From: Laetmonice hystrix
Taxonomy: Eukaryota
Length of the DNA: 64,000 nt
Reading direction: 5' to 3'
NCBI GenBank assembly: GCA_965235115.1
Contig: OZ249437.1
Location: forward strand, 8,308,001 to 8,372,000
Under the pieces are notes generated by a model that saw only the letters and a list, made by a program, of their open reading frames with translations, was not told where the DNA came from and did no database searches. Below, piece by piece: positions 25,353-37,067 of this stretch; position 1 is the first letter of the stretch, and the number at the start of each line of letters is the position of its first letter. The position numbers and the translations under genes were made by a program.

Positions 25353-27368
25353 GTAAGTCCACCCTCACCGGCCGGGGCGGGGAGAGGAGGGGGGCCCTCA
25401 CCGGCCGGGGCGGGGCGGGGAGGGGGGGGGGGCACACCCTCTCTATAACCTTACACTGGGGTCTTATGATCATCAACCAGTTCTTCATCAAACTGGGTAA
25501 GTCCACCCTCACCGGCCGGGGCGGGGAGGGGAGGGGGGCACACCCTCTCTATAACCTCACACTGGGGTCTTATGATCATCAACCAGTTCTTCATCAAACT
25601 GGGTAAGTCAACCCTCATCGGCCGGGGCGGGGAGGGGGGGGGGCACACCCTCTCTATAACCTCACGCTGGGGTCTTATGATCATCAACCAGTTCTTCATC
25701 AAACTGGGTAAGTCCACCCTCACCGGCCGGGGCGGGGAGGGGAGGGGGGCCCTCACCGGCCGGGGCGGGGGGGGGGGGGGCACACCCTCTCTACAACCTC
25801 ACGCTGGGGTCTTATGATCATCAACCAGTTCTTCATCAAACTGGGTAAGTCCACCCTCACCGGCCGGGGCGGGGAGGGGAGGGGAGGGGCCCTCACCGGC
25901 CGGGGCGGGGAGGGGGGGGGGGCACACCCGCTCTACAACCTCACGCTGGGGTCTTATGATCATCAACCAGTTCTTCATCAAACTGGGTAAGTCCACCCTC
26001 ACCGGCCGGGGCGGGGAGAGGAGGGGGGGGGGGGGGCACACCCTCTCTATAACCTCACGCTGGGGTCTTATGATCATCAACCAGTTCTTCATCAAACTGG
26101 GTAAGTCAACCCTCACCGGCCGGGGCGGGGAGGGGGGGCACACCCTCTCTACAACCTCACGCTGGGGTCTTATGATCATCAACCAGTTCTTCATCAAACT
26201 GGGTAAGTCCACCCTCACCGGCCGGGGCGGGGAGGGGAGGGGAGGGGCCCTCACCGGCCGGGGCGGGGAGGGGGGGGGCACACCCGCTCTACAACCTCAC
26301 GCTGGGGTCTTATGATCATCAACCAGTTCTTCATCAAACTGGGTAAGTCCACCCTCACCGGCCGGGGCGGGGAGAGGAGGGGGGGGGGGGCACACCCTCT
26401 CTATAACCTCACGCTGGGGTCTTATGATCATCAACCAGTTCTTCATCAAACTGGGTAAGTCAACCCTCACCGGCCGGGGCGGGGAGGGGGGGGGGGGGCA
26501 CACCCTCTCTACAACCTCACGCTGGGGTCTTATGATCATCAACCAGTTCTTCATCAAACTGGGTAAGTCCACCCTCACCGGCCGGGGCGGGGAGGGGGGG
26601 CACACCCTCTCTACAACCTCACGCTGGGGTCTTATGATCATCAACCAGTTCTTCATCAAACTGGGTAAGTCAACCCTCACCGGCCGGGGCGGGGAGGGGG
26701 GGCACACCCTCTCTACAACCTCACGCTGGGGTCTTATGATCATCAACCAGTTCTTCATCAAACTGGGTAAGTCCACCCTCACCGGCCGGGGCGGGGAGGG
26801 GAGGGGAGGGGCCCTCACCGGCCGGGGCGGGGAGGGGGGGGGCACACCCGCTCTACAACCTCACGCTGGGGTCTTATGATCATCAACCAGTTCTTCATCA
26901 AACTGGGTAAGTCCACCCTCACCGGCCGGGGCGGGGAGAGGAGGGGGGGGGGCACACCCTCTCTATAACCTCACGCTGGGGTCTTATGATCATCAACCTG
27001 TTCTTCATCAAACTGGGTAAGTCAACCCTCACCGGCCGGGGCGGGGAGGGGGGGGGGCACACCCTCTCTACAACCTCACGCTGGGGTCTTATGATCATCA
27101 ACCAGTTCTTCATCAAACTGGGTAAGTCCACCCTCACCGGCCGGGGCGGGGAGGGGGGGGGCACACCCGCTCTACAACCTCACGCTGGGGTCTTATGATC
27201 ATCAACCAGTTCTTCATCAAACTGGGTAAGTCCACCCTCACCGGCCGGGGCGGGGAGAGGAGGGGGGGGGGGCACACCCTCTCTATAACCTCACGCTGGG
27301 GTCTTATGGGAAACATCAACCAGTTCTTCATCAAACTGGGTAAGTCAACCCTCACCGGCCGGGGCGGG
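25317..27368 (+). repeat. Tandem array of the FARSA exon 3' end plus 5' splice site, 18 copies including the real exon
   Basis: cttatg(..)atcatcaaccagttcttcatcaaact(a/g)g|gtaagtc(c/a)accctcaccggccggggcgggga(G-tract)cacaccctctctataacctcacgctgggg, unit ~100-145 bp. I counted 18 copies of ttcttcatcaaact. Confidence 0.97.
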
Positions 27369-27779
27369 AGGAAGGTCGCATCAAGGTTCAATGTTAAATC
27401 CTTGTTTTAAAACATTAATAGCAGCACAGTCAAGTTGACGTTGCGTCAGTATCTTCTGAGGGACACGATTATTGAGATTGATATATAAACATACATGACA
27501 CATGCAACAAGCATACATGCAACAAGTAAACCTAACATTGGGCTATACCCCACAGTGTCTGCCATGTGCTGGGAACTCATTGGAAGTAGTATATTCCCGG
27601 AGCTCAGCGGTCACTCGCGGGCCTAAGTATGATCATAGGTGGTATGATTCTGTCTAACCTTTGACCGCCGACACCGTGTGTCGGCGGTCACCATCGGTAT
27701 CAGTCTCAGTGTGCAACTTGTTAAATTGTGCAACATCGATAACGTAATAATTATTTATCTCCATAATAACAGTTCCTCC

Positions 27780-28140
27780 AGCGTCAACAGGGGACACCGT
27801 ATTCCTCCCTACCGACCTTAACCTGCAAAAAGGTCTTCCTTATATCTCAAGGCAATCCTTCAACACAAAACACAACAACTGATGTAGAAACGGCTGTCGC
27901 GAGCCAGATATCATCCATCGAAACACAGTGTTCTATACAACAATCAGATCCAAGAATTATATCATGTTTAACAGATCTCTAATAAAGATCGGGACTAGTG
28001 AGAATGTCCACTAAATACTCTTCATTCTCCAGCTCGAACTCTCTAAATGATTATAACCCTGCCACAGGCATGGCACCGTTGTCAGGACTAATGTCAACTT
28101 TGTCAAACAACTGCTGCATTTTGGAACACTGCATCAGGAG
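27780..28140 (-). mobile_element. Decayed BEL/Pao LTR retrotransposon RT fragment
   Basis: The minus strand reads ...LVDILTSPDLY*...GLP*DIRKTFLQVKV. These resemble the BEL/Pao motifs LNDCLxTGPxL and ADIxKAFLQ(I/V). Confidence 0.45.
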
Positions 28141-28777
28141 CGTGTCTTAGAATTTGCAGAAAGTATATCTTGAGGACGATCCGTTTTTTTCAAGGGTGTT
28201 GTGTATTGTTCTATGTTCTATGTGTATTGTTGAACGTGATTTCGTGGCATCTGAAAGCCTTGGGCAGCATTTGAATACCCTGAGTTGTTTACACCCCCAG
28301 AGGCAAAGTGAAGAAGTGGACATTGAGATGTCTTGGTGACATACGATGGTCCCGTGGCGTCGTTCACTTATGGCTTGTTCCAATAGTGATCATCAGATAA
28401 CGCCGTCAGACATTGTTAAGAGAAGAACAGTTTAGGGCAGAAAAAGGGTGTGTACGTGGTAGATCTGGGGGTGATTCGTTATAACTCGATAGTCACCCAG
28501 TCTCTGGGGTAATATGGAGCCAGACGACTGGCGAACCAGTCGAGTTTGGGATTTAGGTATTATGGGATGTAGAGTTGGTCGCTTGACGACGGGTGGGGAT
28601 CGATCAACAAGCTCGCCGCCCGGCGGGGGAGGGGGGGGGGGTCTCCTGACATTCCTGTCAGAAAGCTGATCTCGGCTCATGATGCTGGGGACATACCACC
28701 TTACATGAGATCCTCCAGTCTGGTAGGACCCCAGAGACTGTCTGAACAAACAGAAAACACAACTTAGGCCTCTTGGT

Positions 28778-28813
28778 GCAAGTACTTGGTGCAAGTACTT
28801 GGTGCAAGTACTT
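28778..28813. repeat. 13-bp tandem repeat x3
   Basis: ggtgcaagtactt repeated three times. Confidence 0.85.
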
Positions 28814-29060
28814 GCTTTCCGGAGGATGTACAGTGAATCCAACAGAAAGGTTGGGAGTTAAGCCTATCAGGGCCGCCAGGTGGCGCGAATCCTGACCAAT
28901 CCGTTCAACCTTGACCTCTGATTTCAATAACAGTCTGATTTCTACTAAAATTCGATGCCGTCTTTTTGCAGTCTGTCTGCCGTTTGGCCTCGCCGCCGTT
29001 TCTCCTCCTTTTCTGGTTACGACAAAAAAGTTCTTAGCAATAATGTAAAGCGTTTAGAAT

Positions 29061-29868
29061 TACTTGAACTCGTTATTTCAGCTGGAATACATTGTGCAGG
29101 TATCATATTCTACTTTAAAAAAAACTCGTTATTTTACCGGGAATACCGTCTGCAGGTATCATATTTTACTTGAACTCGTTATTTTACCGGGAATACCGTC
29201 TGCAGGTATCATATTTTACTTGAACTCGTTATTTTACCGGGAATGCCGTCTGCAGGTATCATATTTTACTTGAACTCGTTATTTTACCGGGAATACCGTC
29301 TGCAGGTATCATATTTTACTTGAACTCGTTATTTTACCGGGAATACCGTCTGCAGGTATCATATTTTACTTGAACTCGTTATTTTACCGGGAATAGCGTC
29401 TGCAGGTATCATATTTTACTTGAACTCGTTATTTTACCGGGAATACCGTCTGCAGGTATCATATTTTACTTGAAGTCGTTATTTTACCGGGAATACCGTC
29501 TGCAGGTATCATATTTTACTTGAACTCGTTATTTTACCGGGAATACCGTCTGCAGGTATCATATTTTACTTGAAGTCGTTATTTTACCGGGAATGCCGTC
29601 TGCAGGTATCATATTTTACTTGAAGTCGTTATTTTACCGGGAATACCGTCTGCAGGTATCATATTTTACTTGAACTCGTTATTTTACCGGGAATGCCGTC
29701 TGCAGGTATCATATTTTACTTGAACTCGTTATTTTACCGGGAATACCGTCTGCAGGTATCATATTTTACTTGAACTCGTTATTTTACCTGGAATACCGTC
29801 TGCAGGTATCATATTTTACTTGAACTCGTTATTTTACCTGGAATACCGTCTGCAGGTATCATATTTTG
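29061..29868. repeat. 50-bp minisatellite, ~16 copies
   Basis: Unit tgaactcgttattttaccgggaataccgtctgcaggtatcatattttact has an exact 50-bp period from 29171 to 29821, plus two diverged units at the left edge. Confidence 0.97.
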
Positions 29869-30515
29869 CCACGGTGTTTTGTATATTCTCAGTATAGGTT
29901 TTCCAGGTCAACATAAGCATTATAAATATCCAAATAGTTAGTTCAGTGTCTAATTAGCGAATATCAGTTATCAATATATGCAGTTCAAATGTCCAAAAAC
30001 GTAACTCAGTATCCAATTAGCTAAAGCCAAATATCCAAATAGCTAATTTAATATCCAATTAGCTAGCTGAAATGTCCACTAGGGAAATCAAATGTGATAT
30101 TAAATACAGGTAGTGTCATAATTAGGCGCAAAACAAAGCCCTAACACTAGTTAAAGAATATTGTTTGTCCTTATTTCAATCTATTTCTGAAATAATATGT
30201 TTCTTTTGTCCACTTTGTTGTGTTTCTTGAATGTCCACTAGGGAAATCAAATGTATAGTGATTCCAATAATTGTCACGAGTCTTTGAAATGCTTATGATT
30301 TGATGCCAAGAACCCTGGCCACTTCAAGATGGTATCTCCCTGGTCGTAGGTATGATATAGACGCTGTTTATCAGCATCGGAAACCGCTAGTAAGGTAGGT
30401 CTGCTTGTGTTTGTTGCCAAGAGGTATATGAATTCCCTCTGCTACATTTGATCTACCTTTGTGTGAGGTTATGCCCCGGTGGTCTGAGGATTACGTAATA
30501 GTTTCTATTCTGTGA

Positions 30516-30920
30516 ATATTTGACTTCACTAATGACATTTGGTATACCCACCATGATATTTGACTTCACTAATGACATTTGGTATACCCACCATGATATT
30601 TGACTTCACTAATGACATTTGGTATACCCACCATGATATTTGACTTCACTAATGACATTTGGTATACCCACCATGATATTTGACTTCACTAATGACATTT
30701 GGTATACCCACCATGATATTTGACTTCACTAATGACATTTGGTATACCCACCATGATATTTGACTTCACTAATGACATTCGGTATACCCACCATGATATT
30801 TGACTTCACTAATGACATTTGGTATACCCACCATGATATTTGACTTCACTAATGACATTTGGTATACCCACCATGATATTTGACTTCACTAATGACATTT
30901 GGTATACCCATCAGGATATT
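30516..30920. repeat. 40-bp minisatellite, 10 copies
   Basis: Unit atatttgacttcactaatgacatttggtatacccaccatg; nearly identical copies. Confidence 0.97.
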
Positions 30921-31414
30921 GAATTGGTCCAGGTGGACATTTGTTCTGTCTTTTTTCATTGATTGGACATTTGATTTGCCTTTTGACATTTGGGTTACCA
31001 AATATTACATTTGATTTGATATTGAGGACATTTGACCCTATATGACGTTCTATGTCAGGCGTTCGATGGGTGCCGTTTCGCGGAAAGACTGCGCATATAT
31101 GATATTTCTATAAATAACAGCTTAAATGTTTGTTCATGTATAGGAATCCTTTTAACAGGCCGACATTTCTGCTGCGTGTTGAATTGGTCGGACATTTCGT
31201 CATTGCGTCTGTCGTCATCACTGAATGTTGTGACGTTTCAGCTCAGATGGACAGGATAATAACCACGTATCCTGGACAAACATTTATGCTGTTTAAATAT
31301 AAAAAGCAGATGAGGTGACTTTGTTGTCTTTGGCGAAAATGTCCCAAATGTGAAGTGCGTGATGTCTGTATGTAAATGTGGGGTGCCATACCGGCCCTTT
31401 ATCTGGTGTATAGA

Positions 31415-31608
31415 CAATGGCGGATGGGGGGGGGGGGGCTTGGGGGCTCCAACCCCCCAATCCCCGCCAGTTCTGGACGATGTTATTCCTACTTTCTGTT
31501 ATCATCCAATAATGATTATATTTATCATTATGTTTTAGGCCTAGCCCTAATAATATGTTTTTGCCCGATGGTTAGCACCCCCTGATAAAATGCCTGGATC
31601 CGCCCATG
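31415..31608. mobile_element. Short G/C-tract MITE
   Basis: CAATGGCGGAT ... GGATCCGCCCATG imperfect TIRs enclose poly-G and ggggctccaacccc. Confidence 0.5.
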
Positions 31609-32689
31609 ATATCCTAGAAATACCATTAGAATTGACAGGGCAGGGTGCTGATATTCTGCCGTGCATGGAGTACATAAAAAGGGCAGCTGAACCTCGTTTC
31701 CACTATTCCAGGTTAAGTTAAGGTTTTTTTCTAAGCTTCACCTGAAAGTCCAGAAACCAGGTTTATTTATGATATTCTACATGATAGACGTTCTTTCATG
31801 AGAATTTAAGTTAAGCAGGGAAGGACTCTCCTTGTTGACTTCTGGATTACCACTGTTCATGAAATGTGATTTGATTTAGTGCTCCCCTCTTACTCCGGCT
31901 CGTTTAAGTTTGAATCTGCTGGCAGAAGTATTGTCAGAAATGGTTCCGATTGATTCGATGAAGTACAGGAATTAACGCTGAAATCGGTTCGGACATTCCC
32001 ATAATGTTCTTTTTATTTCTTTTTTTCTCTCATTCAGGAAGTGACATTTTCACATATTCTAGGAAATCATTAAAAGAAAATAGAAAATCTGTAAAAGTTG
32101 AATGAAGAGGGCCCTCAGAGACTTGAATGATGATTCTTGACAGGCTGTAATCACCTTTGATGGATTTGTGACATCAGATGTCCTTGGGCTGAGACCACCA
32201 GCGTACTTGTGCACTGGGTTGCCAACGGTGTATCCCATTGTCTCCTAACTACTGGAGCGACGGGACATCAAAGGCTGCAGCGTTTGCCTACAGGCTACAC
32301 ATATACCCCAGAGAATTATAACTTACAATTAAAGCTAAAAGCTGGTGCAGTCAGGCGTTTGGTTCAGGTGAGATGATTACAGTAGGCCCTACTGGTGACA
32401 GATTGACAAAGCAATATGAAAATACGAATAATACGACGTCGCGTATTAAAGGTTGCTGGAGAAAGAGGAGTATTAATGACAGATTGGCTCTTGGACAAGA
32501 AAATTTCGAAAAGCAAGAATGGGTGTCATCCTACATTAAAAAGAGAACGGAAAACAAATTCATCTGATCCAGAAGACGGTAAAACTCATTTTATTCATAT
32601 TTCCCTGTCAAATGGCCTCCCGCATTCCGAAGTCATTCGGAGTTAAAGGTGCTCCCGCACAACGTGAAACCATCTAAATGTGTCAAATG

Positions 32690-32880
32690 TACCCTTACCC
32701 AGGGTAAAATCGAACAAATAAGTCTGACTGGGGTAAGAAACCGGAGTACCGGGGGAAAATGACTGATCATGCAGCAAGTAAATGACAAAGTTATCACAAG
32801 AGGGGAGTAACGGACTGAACTTAGACGTGAGAGCTCCTTTGATCATCAGTCAGAGACATATCTCATCGAGGCGCTGTGGT
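32690..32880 (-). mobile_element. Degenerate SINE with V-type core
   Basis: The minus strand has TTTTCCCCCGGTACTCCGGTTTC preceded by TGATAACTTTGTCATTTACTTGC. This resembles the conserved TTCTCCGGGTACTCCGGTTTCC central domain of V-type SINEs. The tRNA head is not clearly recognisable. Confidence 0.5.
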
Positions 32881-33795
32881 CTCTTTATGAAACCTTTATT
32901 ACAGTTACTAGGAATAAAGTACGTCGCTCACATTGGGTCAGTTTTTCTCGTCTCTCACTTGCTGGAAACAGTTTTACGCTGACAAAAGCTTTTCATTCTG
33001 ATATAAAATATGTTTTGATCCCGTCTGTAGTTTACTCAGGTCTGCTCCTCGAGTTTGCATGTCGCTTGAGAGCTAGTTGTCTGCTGTGAAACTCTACACG
33101 TGTTTTGACCTTTAGTTTGGAAAATAAAATCTAGTGAAGACACTCGGCAAACGATTTCGATAGATTCTTTCAACTAGCAGACGCTGGGTAACAGCGCCAG
33201 CCAGAAAGCGTGGGCACAAAGACACCACAATTCCATCTCTCGTTGTGGGATAAAAGCACATTATCACTAAAAAGAGATTTGTATCAAAGATCCCCCTTCC
33301 ACCGAGCCCTGCGGCCACCATGGGGCTCTACACAAGGACGCCCCTGGGATCATCATCACAGCCAACACAGACACATCCATTGGGTTGTTACTATTTGCCA
33401 GCCAGATCCGGTCGTCCTTTTCATGGCTTCTTTCATTTTTTCTGACAGATGTTTTATAAAGCCGTCATCAATGGATTAACATTTATATGGCACAACGTTC
33501 CGAATTATGATAGCTTGGAGCTGTGTTCGTAATTTCTGCCTGCCGTCAGAGACTCCTTTGATACGAGGCAGAAACGCATTAGTGGCGCTAGCAGAAGTGA
33601 TAAACCCGTTCCGTGTTACCAAAAGTTCTGTCTCGTCACAAGCCAGCCCATGGAGAAGTTGCCTGATGTGGGCTTGTGGAACTAATAAAATGGTGGCAGT
33701 TCCACGGTCAAGACCCCGTTATCCCGACTGGTCATGTCGCTCAAGATGACCGGTTAAAACGGCAGGACAGCGAGCTTTACATGCTGCAGATTTAA

Positions 33796-34326
33796 AGGGG
33801 CATATTATGAGGAAATGCGAAAAATCTGTATTTTAAAGAACTTTTGCTGTTTTCATAACGAGATCCTTCGTTAAAGTTGCTTGGTAAACAAAGACAGACT
33901 TATCAGTTTCATTTTGCTTGAGAAATCGAAGTTTATGAAGCTCCCTTGCCTGCTTCTCTGCCGATTTCGTAAAATATTTTTTTGGGTGGCATTCTGATGC
34001 CAGACGATGGAGTGCAACTGATGACTTGTTTACAACTAAACGAAGCACGTGACTAAGCACATGCAGAGAGTGCACACGCAGGAGGTGACGCAGTATGCAA
34101 ATACACGGGTTGATGGTATAGGTTGTCTACCAAATTATGGCGGGAGATGTGCTATCGGGAGAAATCTATAAGTTTGGTCGTATAGAACCTACTTGTGCTG
34201 CATACGCAGCGAAAACACGTCGGAGGACAAAATGCTGTGGTAGGATTATTTACTTGGATCCCTAGTACACGGTCATGTTGGATAATTGCCGGAAATCCTC
34301 AAAAACGTGTTTCATAGCATGCCCCT
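33796..34326. mobile_element. Non-autonomous Kolobok-type DNA transposon (531 bp)
   Basis: TTAA|AGGGGCATATTATGA ... TCATAGCATGCCCCT|TTAA: a TTAA target duplication with AG...CT termini. Confidence 0.8.
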
Positions 34327-37067
34327 TTAATTAAAGTGAAGGTTGTGTCACACGTTAGGAGAACGGGACGGGGACACGGAATCTGATTTGGAGTTGGATT
34401 TGGATTGAGGAATATTAGAGATGACCACTGTACAGCTTGACCTGGCGTCATCGGTTCTGATTTGAAAATGCTCCCAAACATGTTTATGATAGTCTTACTT
34501 TCCGTTTGCCGGAAGAACAGGGAAAAACATTGTATTCATGCAAGGGCGCCATCCCCCAGGTGTCTTGTCTTGGTATATAAAACCAAATATGAAAGGTAAA
34601 TATATTGTAAATACTGTAAGAAATATTATATGAAAAGTATTCTATAAAAAAGGTCGTGTTAAATTCATTTGTTTTCTTGCCCAAAACCACCAAATGCTTG
34701 GAAAGGAACGCACAATTTTAAACTTCTTCTCTGGGATGCCCCTCTACCACCTCACCTTCACCTTCATTGCGATCACTACGACTCATCAATTCACCCCCCC
34801 CCCCGTGTACCTTTCAGGTGCCACACGGCAGGATGTTATATTGAAATACATTTGTAGTTTAACTTAAATCCGCCTTGTGACCTCGGTGACCCACGTCACT
34901 ATATCTGTGAAGCAGTGTAAACCCAACAAATATAACCGTGGAAATCAGACATGAAACACTGCGGAGAAGTCAGCCTCGAAAGTAGTATATCGGGAACGAT
35001 GAGATCGGCATACATCGTGACGTTATGAATCAATTTGTATTAACAATTCGACTGACCTAGTTGAACTAATCTAGTTTTTCAGCCAGAGTATGGCCGACAC
35101 TTGCTGAGAGGGCGTAAAAATATTCTTTTTAATTTCAAACACTATAAGGATTGGTACTGACTGAAGAAGTCAGGAGCGTGCGAAAGGTCGCACTCCTTAT
35201 CCTGATTCTCCATAACGCCCACTCCACATTCCTTGGAGAGCTAAAGTAAGGTGGTACGGCCTAAAAATGGGCTGTCCTATTAGGGACCATTCAGCGTCCC
35301 AGGGGCCTAGCTGTCAAAAGCCATTGTTCTCAAGGGCGGAATTTCTTATGCATTTTGACAGAACTGTTATGGTGTTAAACCAATTGTGTTGGCTAGAGGA
35401 GTGGGAGTTGGGGATTAAATGTAAAAAGAGTTGGTTATGAGACTGGCGAGGGGAAGTCAATATCTCCGGGGTAAACCAACATGTAACTGATGCCATTGAC
35501 TGGAATTCATGAACGGAGAGAAAAATAATAATAAGGTTATGCATTTTTCACTCTTAATTTCCATAATATTATTGGAGAAGTAGTGTCAAGTCACATTGAC
35601 GCTAAACAAGCAGAGAATCGTCGTTGGGTTCTGTGTGTCGTCAAGGTCTACACCGCCCCACTGTGTGCGAGTCTCTCAGTCTCTTTATGCCCAGGTCTTT
35701 GTAATTAGGGGACAACATTCCTCCAGGGTAGAGCTTCCTTGGAATGTATGTATGTATTTATCACAAGATAATAGTAGCTTTTCCAAAGGCTGTTACAGGT
35801 ACATACATTACCTGAAGCTTGTACCCGGTGACTGTAGACGTCATTGTCAAACAGTGAAGTTTTGGACCTACTGACTGTATTAGGGAGATTGTAAAATTAT
35901 TTCATGATTTCTCTAGGTCAATCTCATATATCTGCGAGTATCATTTCTTGGAACTCGATATTGTCACATTGAAACTTTCCATGGCTGTAGCATTCAGCAA
36001 GAGTTTTTTTTACAGACTTCGCTCCTTACGGCTGAATCCGGTTGAAGTGTAGGATCTTCCAGTAATATGGAAGACTGGTTTTGGTGGATTTATAAACTCT
36101 CACATGTTAGAATTACAGGGTGACCCTGTAATTCTAACATGGACCCTGGGTCCATTGCTAAAGGTCGCAGTGAGACCCGACCAGAGATATATGAGAGAAC
36201 TCCGTACCACAATACTCAGATTCACAGGGTTAAGATTGGAAGAGAGACATTCGACTTGAATAAATCCGGTAAACACTTTACAGGAGGTCAGAGGGTCACT
36301 TTTGTAGTCCTGATTAAATTGTGAACATGGATCAAAAAGTTCCTGTTTTGATTAAACTGTCTAGACCTGCAAACTGTAAGAGATTTAGTTACTACAGCTG
36401 GCGAAACTCTGGTCATGATACAGATTGCTTGCAGTAAATTTGGAAGATGAACTGTTTAAACAACACGAAATGCCGGCATCAGTAAAATGAGTTTCACGCG
36501 GCTCAGTTGATTTTTCTCACACTGCGCCAAAAAGAGCCACAGCAGATTGCGCCCAATGCAGCATGGTTGGTTGTGAAGGCAGTTCATTGATCGCCACACC
36601 TCGGTATCAGGTCAGCTCACCAAGAACCGTTCTAGTGACACAAGTATTTAGGACGGTTCACGCAGACACAGTTGGTCTGCCGACAGAACGGAACTCCTTG
36701 AAGTGACCACTCACAGGGCTTGTCGAGCCTTTGGATTCTACTGCTCGTAATAAGCCCACTTTTTGTTCCCCCGAGTTCCAGCTTTTCAAGAGTAAAATCT
36801 TGGAGGTGGAGTGTAAAGCCAGGAATGTGTGTGTCCGTATTGCGTAGTGTGTAATCAAAGCATTATCGTAATCGTAATCAAGCGCACACTACGCACTCAT
36901 GGATTCATGGCTTATTGGTGCTTACTGGCACAGTTTCCACCTTTCAGCCCTGTTCAGCGTCTTTGGCACACCTAGTAAAAGCTGAGTGCTAGTATATTCT
37001 GTTGCTAAGGTTATTAAGAAAGGAGGATGAATCGTCAGAGTACTAGGAGAGTACAGTACGAGAAAGT

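Noticed and set aside
25451-27410. Repeating ORFs [12 protein letters not shown]... and [20 protein letters not shown]...; also a superficial CRISPR-like repeat/variable-spacer look
   Set aside because: They derive from the duplicated FARSA exon end. The variable parts are only G-run length variants of one sequence, not unique spacers, and there are no cas genes in this eukaryotic context.
35155-35200. CTGAAGA...GCGAAAG with a hairpin, hammerhead-like
   Set aside because: The stem II closing pair and the stem I/III pairings cannot be formed.
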